A program made the translations under genes and the position numbers. This document shows, one piece after another, positions 50,547 through 60,079 of a stretch of DNA of 64,000 nt. Below the pieces are notes generated by a model. The model was not told where the DNA came from. It did not search any database and saw only the letters and a program-made list of their open reading frames with translations. Origin of the DNA: an uncultured bacterium (GTDB taxonomy: Bacteria; Actinomycetota; Acidimicrobiia; Spongiisociales; UBA5794); contig CAWDDT010000010.1 of assembly GCA_963801165.1 (NCBI GenBank), forward strand, positions 160,001-224,000. Direction: 5' to 3'. Positions within the stretch are counted from its first letter, which is position 1; every line of letters begins with the position of its first letter.

Positions 50547-50930
50547 TCATCCACCCTGAAGGTGTGGCAATGCCGAAAGGTGATCGTCTACTGCCACCGC
50601 AAAGTGGAGACTGTCGCCGTTTGCGTGCAGCAGGTACATGGCCTCGATGTTGACGCCGGAATCGGCCAGCTTGCGGGCCATCTCGGCAAGGGCGTGCGGG
50701 TTGTCCTTGACGACGGTCTCGATGACCCGTTGCTCTTCGTACTGGATGCCGGCGTCACGGAATACGCGGCGGGCCTCGTCGACATCGCTTGCCATCAACC
50801 GGACGATGCTGTCGGTCCCGATCGAGAAAGCGGCGAGGGCCTCGATGTGGACTCCGGCCTCGGCGAGTTTGTCGGTGAGGGTGGCAAGCTGGCCGGGGCG
50901 ATTGGCCATGTGGACCGTGAACTCGTTCAT
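50547..50930 (-). CDS. Tandem ACT-domain protein
   Basis: NRPGQLA...GVHIEA and DNPHALA...GVNIEAMY. Confidence 0.9.
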   Translation of the reverse strand: MNEFTVHMANRPGQLATLTDKLAEAGVHIEALAAFSIGTDSIVRLMASDVDEARRVFRDAGIQYEEQRVIETVVKDNPHALAEMARKLADSGVNIEAMYLLHANGDSLHFAVAVDDHLSALPHLQGG

Positions 50931-51056
50931 GCACAATAGCCTACGCCTTTCCGGTTCTCGGCGGGGGGTCGTTAGGCCGATCGTGAACAAAGTCAATCCC
51001 ACGTCGTCCCCCCGCGCGTAAGCTTCGTTGCATCGTCAGTCGAGAGAGGGAGCGCC

Positions 51057-51734
51057 ATGCCAAAGCACGGCAAAGCGAGTTTGAGGGGGCTAGTAGCAGT
51101 GGGGGTGATCGCGCTCCTCATGGTCCCGGTCGGTGTGTGGGCCGCCGATCAATTCACCGACGTGCCCGACACACACGTGTTCCACAGCGATATCGGCTGG
51201 CTCGCCGACAACGGGATCACGCTGGGCTGCAATCCGCCGACTAACGATCACTACTGCCCGAGCGACAACGTTACCCGTGGCCAAATGGCCGCCTTCCTGC
51301 ATCGCAGCGCACCGGTCATCACCCGCCTTCTCTATGACGGGAGCAGTGGCGATACCAGTCTCACCGGCGACTATGAGCTTCACCGGGCGGTCGGCACCTT
51401 CACGAAGGTGTCCGACGGTACCGCCGTCTTGCTCAACTGGAACGCCCACGCCGACAAGGATCCGTCCGGGTTCTGCGAATGGCAGTTGCGCATCGACGGT
51501 TACAAGGACAACGGCAGCAACTCGACCTCGTACGAGAATTCCGGAGCCGGTGTAGTCGTCTACTCGGAGAACGATGCGATATCGGTGACGGGTCTCTTCA
51601 CCGGACTGGCCAGCGGTGATCACACCGTGGAGATCTGGCTGCGTGGCAGCTCCTCATACTGCGGCCTGAATTCCGGCGACTTCGGGCAGACCGTCATCGT
51701 CACCGAGACACCGTACCGCGAGGGAACCCCGTAG
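51057..51734 (+). CDS. Secreted protein with one SLH-like repeat
   Basis: Signal peptide; FTDVP...GITLGCNPPTNDHYCPSDNVTRGQMAAFL; beta-rich C-terminal domain. Confidence 0.82.
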   Translation: MPKHGKASLRGLVAVGVIALLMVPVGVWAADQFTDVPDTHVFHSDIGWLADNGITLGCNPPTNDHYCPSDNVTRGQMAAFLHRSAPVITRLLYDGSSGDTSLTGDYELHRAVGTFTKVSDGTAVLLNWNAHADKDPSGFCEWQLRIDGYKDNGSNSTSYENSGAGVVVYSENDAISVTGLFTGLASGDHTVEIWLRGSSSYCGLNSGDFGQTVIVTETPYREGTP

Positions 51735-51848
51735 CGGATTAGGAGGGCGGCTTAGTCGCCGTGAAGGCTCGCAATGCCCCGAAATCTCGAGGCTGTCGAC
51801 TCGGCCATCGAGCTTTGAGCTGGAATTATTCAGCCCACTCCTAATCCG
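51735..51848. repeat. 114-bp element bounded by 11-bp perfect inverted repeats (MITE/REP-like)
   Basis: CGGATTAGGAG (51735-51745) ... CTCCTAATCCG (51838-51848). Confidence 0.5.
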
Positions 51849-51891
51849 GAGCGTATCGGTCGGCAGGGTGGGGAGTGGCCGGCGCTGGCGC

Positions 51892-51915
51892 TATCGAACA
51901 TATGTTCGATACAAT
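51892..51915 (+). promoter_or_regulatory. LexA (SOS) box TCGAACATATGTTCGA (51894-51909) abutting -10 TACAAT
   Basis: Perfect 20-bp palindrome at 51892-51911, identical to the core of the imuA' box. Confidence 0.92.
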
Positions 51916-51924
51916 GTCGATCCC

Positions 51925-54900
51925 ATGGTTCGATACGCCGAGCTGCATTGTCACACCAACATGAGCTTTCTCGACGGGGCTTCGCATCCCGCCGAGATGG
52001 TCGCCGTGGCCGCAGAGTTGGGGTATGCGGCGCTGGGAGTGACCGACCACGACGGTTTTCGCGGTGTCGTCAAGGCCCACCAGGCAGCACGCGAGTTGGG
52101 GGTGCCGGTCGTCTACGGCACCGAGATAGGCCTCCCGCTCAGTCCACCCGCCGAAGGTGGGGGGAGGGGGGTCGGCCGAAGGCCTGTGCCGAGCTCGTCT
52201 CCTACCCCAGACCAGCCCCACCGCCGCGGCCGGATCCGGCGGATGCATGGATCCAAGCCGGTGAACAAGCCCGAGACCGATCATGTGGTGCTGCTGGCGC
52301 CCGACCCGAGGGGCTACGCCGCCATAGCCCGGATGATCACGACAGGGCAGTTCCGGGGGGAGAAGGACAGCCCGGTCTACAGCTACCGCGATCTCGAGGA
52401 GGCCTCCCGCCACGGCAACCTGGTGGCGTTGTCGGGTTGCCGCAGCGGAGCCGTCAACCGGGCGGCCCTGGCCGGCGATCTCAACAAGGCGCTCGGGGAG
52501 GCGGAGCGGCTCAAAGACCTGTTCCCGGGACGGTTCTACCTGGAGGTGTGGGACCACGGGATGCCGGAAGACGATCTTCGCAACGACATGATCGCCGAAG
52601 TCTCCCGGATAGCCGGGGTGCCTCTGGTGGCCACCAACAACGTTCACTACGCCCGACGTCACGATGCCGATCTCGCCGAGGTGCTGGCGGCAATCGCCGG
52701 ACGCCGTGATCTCGACACGGCAGACGGTTTCCGCCCAGCCACCGATCAGAGATACCTTCGCTCGCCGGCCGAGATGCACCGGCTGTTGAGTCGGTACCGG
52801 GGAGCAGCGGAGACCGCCGCCGAGCTGGGGGAGAGCCTCGCTTTTGATCTCGACCTGGTGGCGCCGGCGCTACCCGACTTTCCTATGCCGGGGGCGTTCA
52901 CCACCGAGATCGAATACCTCACCCACCTCGCTTTCGAGGGTGCCTGCACGGTCTACCCCGGTGAGGGTGGGCGTACCGACCCCCGGGCCAGGACGAGGCT
53001 GGAGCACGAGCTCGGGGTCATCAATGAGCTCGGTTTCGCCGGGTTCTTCCTCGTCGCCTGGGACATCGTGCAGTTCGCCCGCTCGCAGGACATCTACTGC
53101 CAGATTCGCGGTTCAGGCGCCGACTCGGCTGTGTGCCGTTGCATCGGTCTGACCCGGGTCGATCCGATCCGGCTCAACCTCCCCTTCGAGCGGTTCCTGT
53201 CGGCGGAGCGGGGCCGTCCCCCCGACATCGACATCGACTTCGAGGCGGAGCGTCGCGAGGAGGTTATCCAGTACTGCTACCAGCGCTACGGCAGGGAGCG
53301 GGCCGCCATGGTCGCCAACGTAATCACCTATCGGGCACGCTCGGTGCTCCAGGACGTCGGTAAGGCGTTCGGTCTCACCCAGGCTCAGGTCAATGGTCTC
53401 ACCAAATACCTCGATACCCGCAGCCCGCAGGCGATCCGCAACGAGGTCGAGCTACCAGCGGGACTGACCGCCGAGCACATCTACGACGTCTGCACCCGGC
53501 TCGACGGATTCCCCCGTCATCTCGGCATCCACTCCGGGGGGATGGTCGTTTCGCAACATCCCTTGTGGAACGTGGCGCCGCTGGAGTGGGGGCGGATGGA
53601 GGATCGCTCGGTGTTGCAGTGGGACAAGGACGACTGTGCCGCCATGGGTGTGGTCAAGTTCGATCTGCTGGCCTTGGGAGCGCTCAACGGGATGCACCTC
53701 TCGGTTGACCTGATCAAAGAGGTCCACGGCATCGACATCGACCTGGCCACCATCCCGCAGGAGCCGGTCATCTACGACATGCTGACACGGGCAGATACCG
53801 TCGGGGTGTTCCAGGTGGAGTCACGGGCCCAGATGGCGACTCTGCCCAAGATGAAGCCACGCACGTTCTACGACCTCGCCATCGAGGTGGCGTTGATCCG
53901 ACCCGGGCCTATCCAGGGGCACTCGGTCCATCCCTTCCTGCGCCGCCGTAACGGTCTCGAGCCGATCTGTTTTCCGCATCCGACAGCAGAGCCGATCCTG
54001 AAGAAGACGCTCGGGGTCCCCGTTTTTCAGGAGCAGCTCATGGAGTTGGCCCGGGTGTGCGCCGGGTTCACCGCCGGTCAATCCGATCGACTCCGCCAGG
54101 CGATGACCCACAAACGCTCGGACGAGGAGATGGCCAAGCTCCGCGACGAGGTGTACACCGGGATGGCCGGTAACGGTGTTGTCGGAGCCGCTGCCGATGA
54201 GATCTGGGAGAAGCTCCAGGGATTCGCCTCGTTCGGCTTTCCCGAGAGTCACTCGGTCTCGTTCGCCTACATCGTGTACGCCACCTCCTGGTTGAAGTAC
54301 CACTGGCCCACCGAGTTCTTCGCCGGGCTGCTCAACGCCCAGCCGATGGGTTTCTACACCCCGAACACACTCGTGCAGGATGCCCAACACCACGGGGTGG
54401 TGGTGCTGCCGCCGGACATCAACCAATCCTGGTACGACTGCACGGTCGTCCCGTATCCGGTGCCCCGCAACGGCACGAGCGACTATCTCGGTGCCCGGTG
54501 GCGGGACGGTCAGGGCTCGATAGACGATCCGATCCGGATCCCGGTGGCGCTGCGGATCGGGCTGCGCTACGTGCGCAATCTCGGAGACAAGGAGATCACC
54601 AGGATCGAGGCCGCCCGTCAGATCGGCGGGCCGTTCGACAACCCGGAGGATCTGGCGCAGCGAACCGGCCTCGACGTGGGTGCTTTCGAGGCTCTGTCCG
54701 CCTCCGGGGCGTTGGTTCCGCTCGGGCTGGGCCGTCGTGAGGGTATCTGGGCGGCGGGGGCGCTCGCCGGATTGGGGCCGGGAAAGCTGGCCCTGGGAGA
54801 TGGAACGCAACCACCCGAGCTCAGCGAGATGACGCCACCGGAGGTGATGCAAGCACAGCTGTGGTCGACCTCGATCTCACCAACCCATCCCGTCAGTTTT

Positions 54901-55239
54901 CTACGTGCCGAACTGGAGAGGATCGGATGTATGGAGATCAGCGACGTCCTGGCGTTGCACATACACGGCAAGCGGGGGAGGGTCGGGGGTCTGATCACCC
55001 ACCGACAACGACCCAGCACCGCCCGTGGGGTGCGCTTCCTCAACCTCGAGGACGAGACCGGTCTGCTCAACGTCGTTGTCCTTCCCCAGGTGTGGGATGC
55101 AAACTACGAGATCGCCAGGAAAGCAATCGGGGTGGTGATCGACGGTGTTGTCGAATATCAGGACGGGGTCACCAACTTCGTCGCTCACCGCTTCGAGCAT
55201 TGGCCGGTGGAGGGCATTAAGTCACGAGACTTCCGGTGA
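51925..55239 (+). CDS. dnaE2: Error-prone DNA polymerase DnaE2 (ImuC)
   Basis: YAELHCHT..SFLDG, PDIDIDF, PRHLGIHSGG, QWDKDD, FGFPESH, LLNAQPMGFY, C-terminal SRDFR. Confidence 0.97.
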   Translation: MVRYAELHCHTNMSFLDGASHPAEMVAVAAELGYAALGVTDHDGFRGVVKAHQAARELGVPVVYGTEIGLPLSPPAEGGGRGVGRRPVPSSSPTPDQPHRRGRIRRMHGSKPVNKPETDHVVLLAPDPRGYAAIARMITTGQFRGEKDSPVYSYRDLEEASRHGNLVALSGCRSGAVNRAALAGDLNKALGEAERLKDLFPGRFYLEVWDHGMPEDDLRNDMIAEVSRIAGVPLVATNNVHYARRHDADLAEVLAAIAGRRDLDTADGFRPATDQRYLRSPAEMHRLLSRYRGAAETAAELGESLAFDLDLVAPALPDFPMPGAFTTEIEYLTHLAFEGACTVYPGEGGRTDPRARTRLEHELGVINELGFAGFFLVAWDIVQFARSQDIYCQIRGSGADSAVCRCIGLTRVDPIRLNLPFERFLSAERGRPPDIDIDFEAERREEVIQYCYQRYGRERAAMVANVITYRARSVLQDVGKAFGLTQAQVNGLTKYLDTRSPQAIRNEVELPAGLTAEHIYDVCTRLDGFPRHLGIHSGGMVVSQHPLWNVAPLEWGRMEDRSVLQWDKDDCAAMGVVKFDLLALGALNGMHLSVDLIKEVHGIDIDLATIPQEPVIYDMLTRADTVGVFQVESRAQMATLPKMKPRTFYDLAIEVALIRPGPIQGHSVHPFLRRRNGLEPICFPHPTAEPILKKTLGVPVFQEQLMELARVCAGFTAGQSDRLRQAMTHKRSDEEMAKLRDEVYTGMAGNGVVGAAADEIWEKLQGFASFGFPESHSVSFAYIVYATSWLKYHWPTEFFAGLLNAQPMGFYTPNTLVQDAQHHGVVVLPPDINQSWYDCTVVPYPVPRNGTSDYLGARWRDGQGSIDDPIRIPVALRIGLRYVRNLGDKEITRIEAARQIGGPFDNPEDLAQRTGLDVGAFEALSASGALVPLGLGRREGIWAAGALAGLGPGKLALGDGTQPPELSEMTPPEVMQAQLWSTSISPTHPVSFLRAELERIGCMEISDVLALHIHGKRGRVGGLITHRQRPSTARGVRFLNLEDETGLLNVVVLPQVWDANYEIARKAIGVVIDGVVEYQDGVTNFVAHRFEHWPVEGIKSRDFR

Positions 55240-55360
55240 ACGTGGCACGCCCGGTTCGTGCGTAGACCGTGCCGGGATGCCGGTCTCACATACGCCGGAA
55301 GCAGGACGACAGGGTCTGGATCGCTACTCTTTGCCCAAGCGATCGGAAGAGAGAGCCAAA

Positions 55361-56692
55361 GTGCGGGTTGTGATCGTCGGTGCCGGTCATGACGGTTCCT
55401 ATCTGGCCGAGAGACTCGTCGCCGAGGGCCAGGAAGTCGTCATCATCGAGGTCGACGAGGACAAGGCGGCACGGATCCAGGAGCGGCTCGACGTGCTCAT
55501 GGTCCACGGCAACGGTGCCAGCCCCACCGTGCTGCGCCGGGCCGGTGTGGAGCAAGCGGGTCTGTTTCTGGCCGTCACCAACAACGACGGTGCCAACGTG
55601 CTCGCGTGCCGGGGAGCGAAGGCGCTCGGGGTGCGGAGAACAGTGGCCCGTGTCGAGGACCCCGATCTGCGCGAGGTGTCGCCCGGTCTTGGTGTCGATG
55701 TCGTCGTGGATGCCCGTATTTCCACGGCGCGCCAGGCAGCCATGTTGGCCCAGCATGCCGGCGTCACCGAGTATGCGGACTTCGCCGGGGGCAGGCTCAG
55801 CCTGGTGGCCGGTGTGGTCACCGCCGGGTCTCCGGCCGACGGCCATTCGGTTCTGGACCTGCGGCAACGGGTGTCCGGGAAGTGGCACTTCATCGTGGCC
55901 GCGGTCGTCCGTGGTGAAGAAACCCAGATAGGTCGCGGCGAGACGCGCGTCGAAGCGGGAGACCACATTGTGGTCATGGTGGAACATGGCCGCGTGCGGG
56001 ATGCGATCGCAATGTTCGGCATAGATGTGGAGCCCATCTCCCGGGTGATCATCCTCGGCGGCACGCGGATTGCCGAGATGACCGCGGAGATTCTCCTCGA
56101 CGCCGGCTATGAGGTGCTGATTGTCGAGGCCGACCCGGAACGGGCGGCTCTGATGGCCCGCCGGTGCCGGGCCTGGATCCTGCAGGCGGAGCCCACCGAT
56201 GCCGATTTCCTGACCTCGCTACGGTTGGGTCGTGGCGACGTGGTGGTAGGTCTGTCCGGTCTCGACGAGAAGAACCTCATGGGGTGTCTCGTGGCCGGTG
56301 CGGTGGGCGCTCCGAAAACGATTGCCCGGTTCGGTCACCGATCTGTGGCCGGGCTGCTGCGCAACGTTGGAATCGATGCGACGCTGTCGTCGCGGGTGGC
56401 CGTGGCGAACATGATCCTGCAGTTCGTACGCCGCGACCGGATCCTCTCGGTGGCGACCGTCAAGGACACAGACGCCGAAGCTCTCGAGATCGAGATCGCC
56501 GGGGACTCTCCATCGGCCGGGGTGGCCCTGGTCGACCTCGACCTGCCCCGGGATGCAGTCCTCGGTGGCATCGCCAGGGGAGACCACGTAATCGTCCCAA
56601 GGGGCGATACAACGCTGATGGCAGGGGACCATGTCGTGATCTTCGCCAAGAGCGAGGCCATCGACGCCGTAGAGAAGCTTCTGCTTCCGTGA
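55361..56692 (+). CDS. trkA: Trk K+ uptake NAD-binding subunit
   Basis: Two RCK_N/RCK_C pairs; VIVGAG, HGNGAS, IVPRGDT. Confidence 0.92.
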   Translation: MRVVIVGAGHDGSYLAERLVAEGQEVVIIEVDEDKAARIQERLDVLMVHGNGASPTVLRRAGVEQAGLFLAVTNNDGANVLACRGAKALGVRRTVARVEDPDLREVSPGLGVDVVVDARISTARQAAMLAQHAGVTEYADFAGGRLSLVAGVVTAGSPADGHSVLDLRQRVSGKWHFIVAAVVRGEETQIGRGETRVEAGDHIVVMVEHGRVRDAIAMFGIDVEPISRVIILGGTRIAEMTAEILLDAGYEVLIVEADPERAALMARRCRAWILQAEPTDADFLTSLRLGRGDVVVGLSGLDEKNLMGCLVAGAVGAPKTIARFGHRSVAGLLRNVGIDATLSSRVAVANMILQFVRRDRILSVATVKDTDAEALEIEIAGDSPSAGVALVDLDLPRDAVLGGIARGDHVIVPRGDTTLMAGDHVVIFAKSEAIDAVEKLLLP

Positions 56693-58143
56693 TCGCATCG
56701 GCCGTTCGCCGCCGACTGATCGTTGTGGTTGCCGCCGTGATCGCGGCCGGGGGTGTGGCCACGCTGCCTGCCGTCCTCGCCGGCGTGATCTACCGGGAAT
56801 GGTCCGATGTCCTGGCGCTGCTGGTGACCGCCGCACTGGGGCTGTCAATCTGGTTGCTCGGGCGCCGGCACACGGAGGTGAAAGGAACCCTCACCTCGAG
56901 TGAGGGGTTTGCGGTAGTGGCGCTGGCGTGGTTCCTGCTCACGGTCTTCGGGACGCTGCCGTATCTGCTGAGCGGGTCGCTCCACGGTCTTGTGGATCCG
57001 CTGTTCGAGACCGCGGCCGGGTTCACGACGACCGGAGCGACTGTACTGGCCGATCCCGGGGTGCTCTCGCATGCGATGCTGATCTGGCGTGCGACCACAC
57101 AGTGGGTGGGGGGTATGGGAATCATCGTGCTATCGATAGCGGTACTCCCGATGCTGGGCGCAGGTGGTGTCGAGCTGGCCCGAGCCGAAGCGCCCGGCCC
57201 GGAGCCCGATCGGATGACGCCGCGCTTCCGGGACACGGCGGAGCGCCTCTGGTGGCTGTATGTCGGTCTCACCGGCGTGCTGGTCGTGTTGCTCGCGGTC
57301 GGAGACATGAGCCTGTTCCAGGCAGTGGCTCACGCCATGACCACGATGCCGACCGGCGGCTTCGGGACGGAGGCTGATTCGCTGGCCGGGTTCGCCCCTT
57401 ATACCCAGTGGGTGGTCATCGTCTTCATGGTGATCGCCGGCACGTCCTTTGCCCTGCATTTCCGCGCCTGGCGGCATCCTCGCGCCTACCTGGACAACAG
57501 CGAGTTCGTCGCATATGTCTCGATACTCGGGACAGCGGGTGCGGTGATTGCTCTGGGGAGCTGGTCCCTCGGCAGCGGGGTCGAGCAACGGGTACGCGAC
57601 GCAGTGTTCACGGGGGTGACCACCGTTACCGGCACCGGTTATTCCACGGTGAACTGGGCGTCGTGGGCTCCCGGGCTGGTGCTCGTGCTGTTGCTGCTCA
57701 TGTTCCTCGGCGGCATGGCCGGGTCAACGTCCGGTGGGGTGAAGACCTATCGGCTCGGAATTGCTTACAAGAGCGTCGCGTCCAACCTGCGCCGCATCGT
57801 CTACCCGCGGGTCGTCCCCGTCGAGCGCTACGGCGGCAAGCCGGTCGAGCCCAGGTTGGTGCAAGGGGTGATGGCCTTCTTTGCCTTGTACCTAGGGTTC
57901 TTCGTCGCCGGGTCGATCGCGCTCGGCTTCCTCGAACCCGGTCTCGACGCATTGACGAGTATCTCGGCGGCGGCGTCCGCCCTCGGCAACGTTGGCCCGG
58001 CTCTCGGCCGCGTCGGGCCGGCGGGGAGCTACGCCGGTCTCGGTGCCGACGGCAAGCTGGTCCTGTCTTTCCTGATGGTTGTCGGCAGGCTGGAGATCTA
58101 TCCGGTGGTGATCCTGCTCACCCACCGCTGGTGGCGTCACTGA
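56689..58143 (+). CDS. trkH: Trk K+ channel subunit
   Basis: FTTTGAT, QWVGGMG, PTGGF, GSTSGGVK, GNVGP, GRLEI. Confidence 0.95.
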   Translation: MIASAVRRRLIVVVAAVIAAGGVATLPAVLAGVIYREWSDVLALLVTAALGLSIWLLGRRHTEVKGTLTSSEGFAVVALAWFLLTVFGTLPYLLSGSLHGLVDPLFETAAGFTTTGATVLADPGVLSHAMLIWRATTQWVGGMGIIVLSIAVLPMLGAGGVELARAEAPGPEPDRMTPRFRDTAERLWWLYVGLTGVLVVLLAVGDMSLFQAVAHAMTTMPTGGFGTEADSLAGFAPYTQWVVIVFMVIAGTSFALHFRAWRHPRAYLDNSEFVAYVSILGTAGAVIALGSWSLGSGVEQRVRDAVFTGVTTVTGTGYSTVNWASWAPGLVLVLLLLMFLGGMAGSTSGGVKTYRLGIAYKSVASNLRRIVYPRVVPVERYGGKPVEPRLVQGVMAFFALYLGFFVAGSIALGFLEPGLDALTSISAAASALGNVGPALGRVGPAGSYAGLGADGKLVLSFLMVVGRLEIYPVVILLTHRWWRH

Positions 58144-58209
58144 GAAACGCCACCGGTATGGTGCGTCCGGCAAGTCGCCAGACCGGCTAGGAGGGTCTAG
58201 TTCAGGCCC

Positions 58210-59919
58210 TTAGAGCGTGAGTGTGTGCTCGCCGTCGCCATTCGAGTAAGAGATCTCGAAGGCAAACGTGGTCAAGTCAGCCGTCAGGGAAGCCCAATGG
58301 TCGCCCCTGGTCCAGGTGAGGTTGAGTCGGCTTTCCGTTGAATCATCGATGTTGAGCCGGGAGTCGGAGCCGAAAGCCGGAAACGTGTTTCTGAACCGCA
58401 AGAGCTCCAACTGGCGCTGCACGACGGGCAGCTGCAACCTCGAGCGAATCTCGGCCGTCGACAGGTTGGTTCGGTTGATCTCCTTGTGGCCACCTGCCCG
58501 GGCCGCCTCGTGGTCGTTGGTGCCTGCGAAAAGGTCGAGATACCAAACCTCCGGTACGCCGGGCATGAACATCTGGATGGCCCTTGCCAGCATTAGCTTG
58601 TCATCGTTCTCACCCAGGGCGCTGTAGAAGGTGGCGTTCACCTGGTAATACGCGATCTTCTTGCCATCCGGCCCGAAGAGATCCTTCACCATGCCGCCCC
58701 GGTCGAGGATGACATCGATCAAGCGGTCGATGGATTGGTCGGTCAGTAGGCCCTTCATGTCCAGGAGAGGAATTCCGTCGTGACAGCCGAGCATGTTGAC
58801 GGTTACGTACTGCTTCTCCACCACTTCCCGCATCCACTCGATCAGGTGGCCGTGCCTGCCGGTCTCGAGTGCGTCGATCACGAGTCCTGGGAAGAAGAAG
58901 TCGTAGAACGCATAGCCGTTGCCGGCCAGCTTCTCATGGATCCGCTCGTCATATCGGGAATGGATTTCCGGCAGCAGCAACAGGTCGAACTTCGCAGCAA
59001 TCTGCCTGAGCCGATTGATGTAGTCCCACGTGCCGGGCTCGTTGAAGAAGTTTCGCAGCCCAACCTGTTTGTGGAGGTATGCGAAAGCGTCGAGGCGGAT
59101 GATCCTCGCCCCGTATTCCTTCATCCGTCGCAACGATGCGTCGTAGTAGTCCCACACGTCGTCCGACCTCGCGTTCAGATCCATCTGGCCGAGGTACCGG
59201 GTGCAGCTGCGTTTGACGTACTCGACAATCTCGGGTCGAAGGTGGTTGTACTCGCCGAGGTCGATGTCGTGTATGGGCTCGCCGTTCCCGGCGTAATCGG
59301 CGATGTGCCCGGCGATCGCCCCGGCAGCCTCCTCCGGCAGGCCCACGGCGGAACGCAGATCCGAGGCCTCTGGAGGAATCACGGTCACCTGCTGGTAGAA
59401 CGTGTTCCAGTAGAACCGACTGGAGCCGTCGGGGAAGGGCACCTCGAGGATGGGAAGCCCGGGCTTGCGCATGAAGAGCTTCTCGAGGTGCACCCGGTTT
59501 GGGATCACGTAGCCGTCAGGGCCGACTTCTCCGTTCCCTTCCCAGAACTTGTTCCAGTCGATGAAAAAGTCGACGAAGCCAGAGTCGTCACCGTTCTCCA
59601 AGATGTCTTTGAACTGGGGAGACTGCACCGATATGTGGTTCAGAACGAAGTCCAGCTTCAGATCGAGACCGAGTTCGCGGAGGTCCCGCAGGTCTGTTTC
59701 GCTGGCAATGACGCCGTTGATTCCGTAGTCGACAATCGAGAACCCGCGATCTAGATCCGAGTTATACAGCGAAGGCAGGATGTAGAAAAGCGAGAAAGCG
59801 CCGTCGAGTGCCTTTCCCGGACTCAACAAACCCACGATCGCACCCAGGGTGCCACCACAGCTGTCGGGGTATGCGTTGAACATGACTCCGTCGGGCAGTA
59901 GATCGCCGCTTGGCCTCAT
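58210..59919 (-). CDS. GH13_18 glycoside phosphorylase, probably sucrose-6F-phosphate phosphorylase
   Basis: NAYPDS, DRGFS, DFVLNH, RLDAF (nucleophile), LPEIH (acid/base), LGCHDGI, YYQVNATFYSAL. Confidence 0.8.
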   Translation of the reverse strand: MRPSGDLLPDGVMFNAYPDSCGGTLGAIVGLLSPGKALDGAFSLFYILPSLYNSDLDRGFSIVDYGINGVIASETDLRDLRELGLDLKLDFVLNHISVQSPQFKDILENGDDSGFVDFFIDWNKFWEGNGEVGPDGYVIPNRVHLEKLFMRKPGLPILEVPFPDGSSRFYWNTFYQQVTVIPPEASDLRSAVGLPEEAAGAIAGHIADYAGNGEPIHDIDLGEYNHLRPEIVEYVKRSCTRYLGQMDLNARSDDVWDYYDASLRRMKEYGARIIRLDAFAYLHKQVGLRNFFNEPGTWDYINRLRQIAAKFDLLLLPEIHSRYDERIHEKLAGNGYAFYDFFFPGLVIDALETGRHGHLIEWMREVVEKQYVTVNMLGCHDGIPLLDMKGLLTDQSIDRLIDVILDRGGMVKDLFGPDGKKIAYYQVNATFYSALGENDDKLMLARAIQMFMPGVPEVWYLDLFAGTNDHEAARAGGHKEINRTNLSTAEIRSRLQLPVVQRQLELLRFRNTFPAFGSDSRLNIDDSTESRLNLTWTRGDHWASLTADLTTFAFEISYSNGDGEHTLTL

Positions 59920-60079
59920 CCTCGTCTCCGTTGTGCTTGTCGCCGTTCTCGTGGGACGCCCCCCGGGATACCGGCGTCTCGTCTCGTGATCATGAGGAGG
60001 ATACGTCGCAGCTCGAACGAGGGTCTCATCTGCAACTCCTGGTCATGGCCTGCGCCTGCATCTCGGGGAGTCCTGTGGG

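Noticed and set aside
55240-55360. c-di-AMP (ydaO) riboswitch upstream of trkA
   Set aside because: The characteristic conserved segments (GGGGGAACC, GGGGTGAATC, CCCGTCAGCTAAC) are absent.
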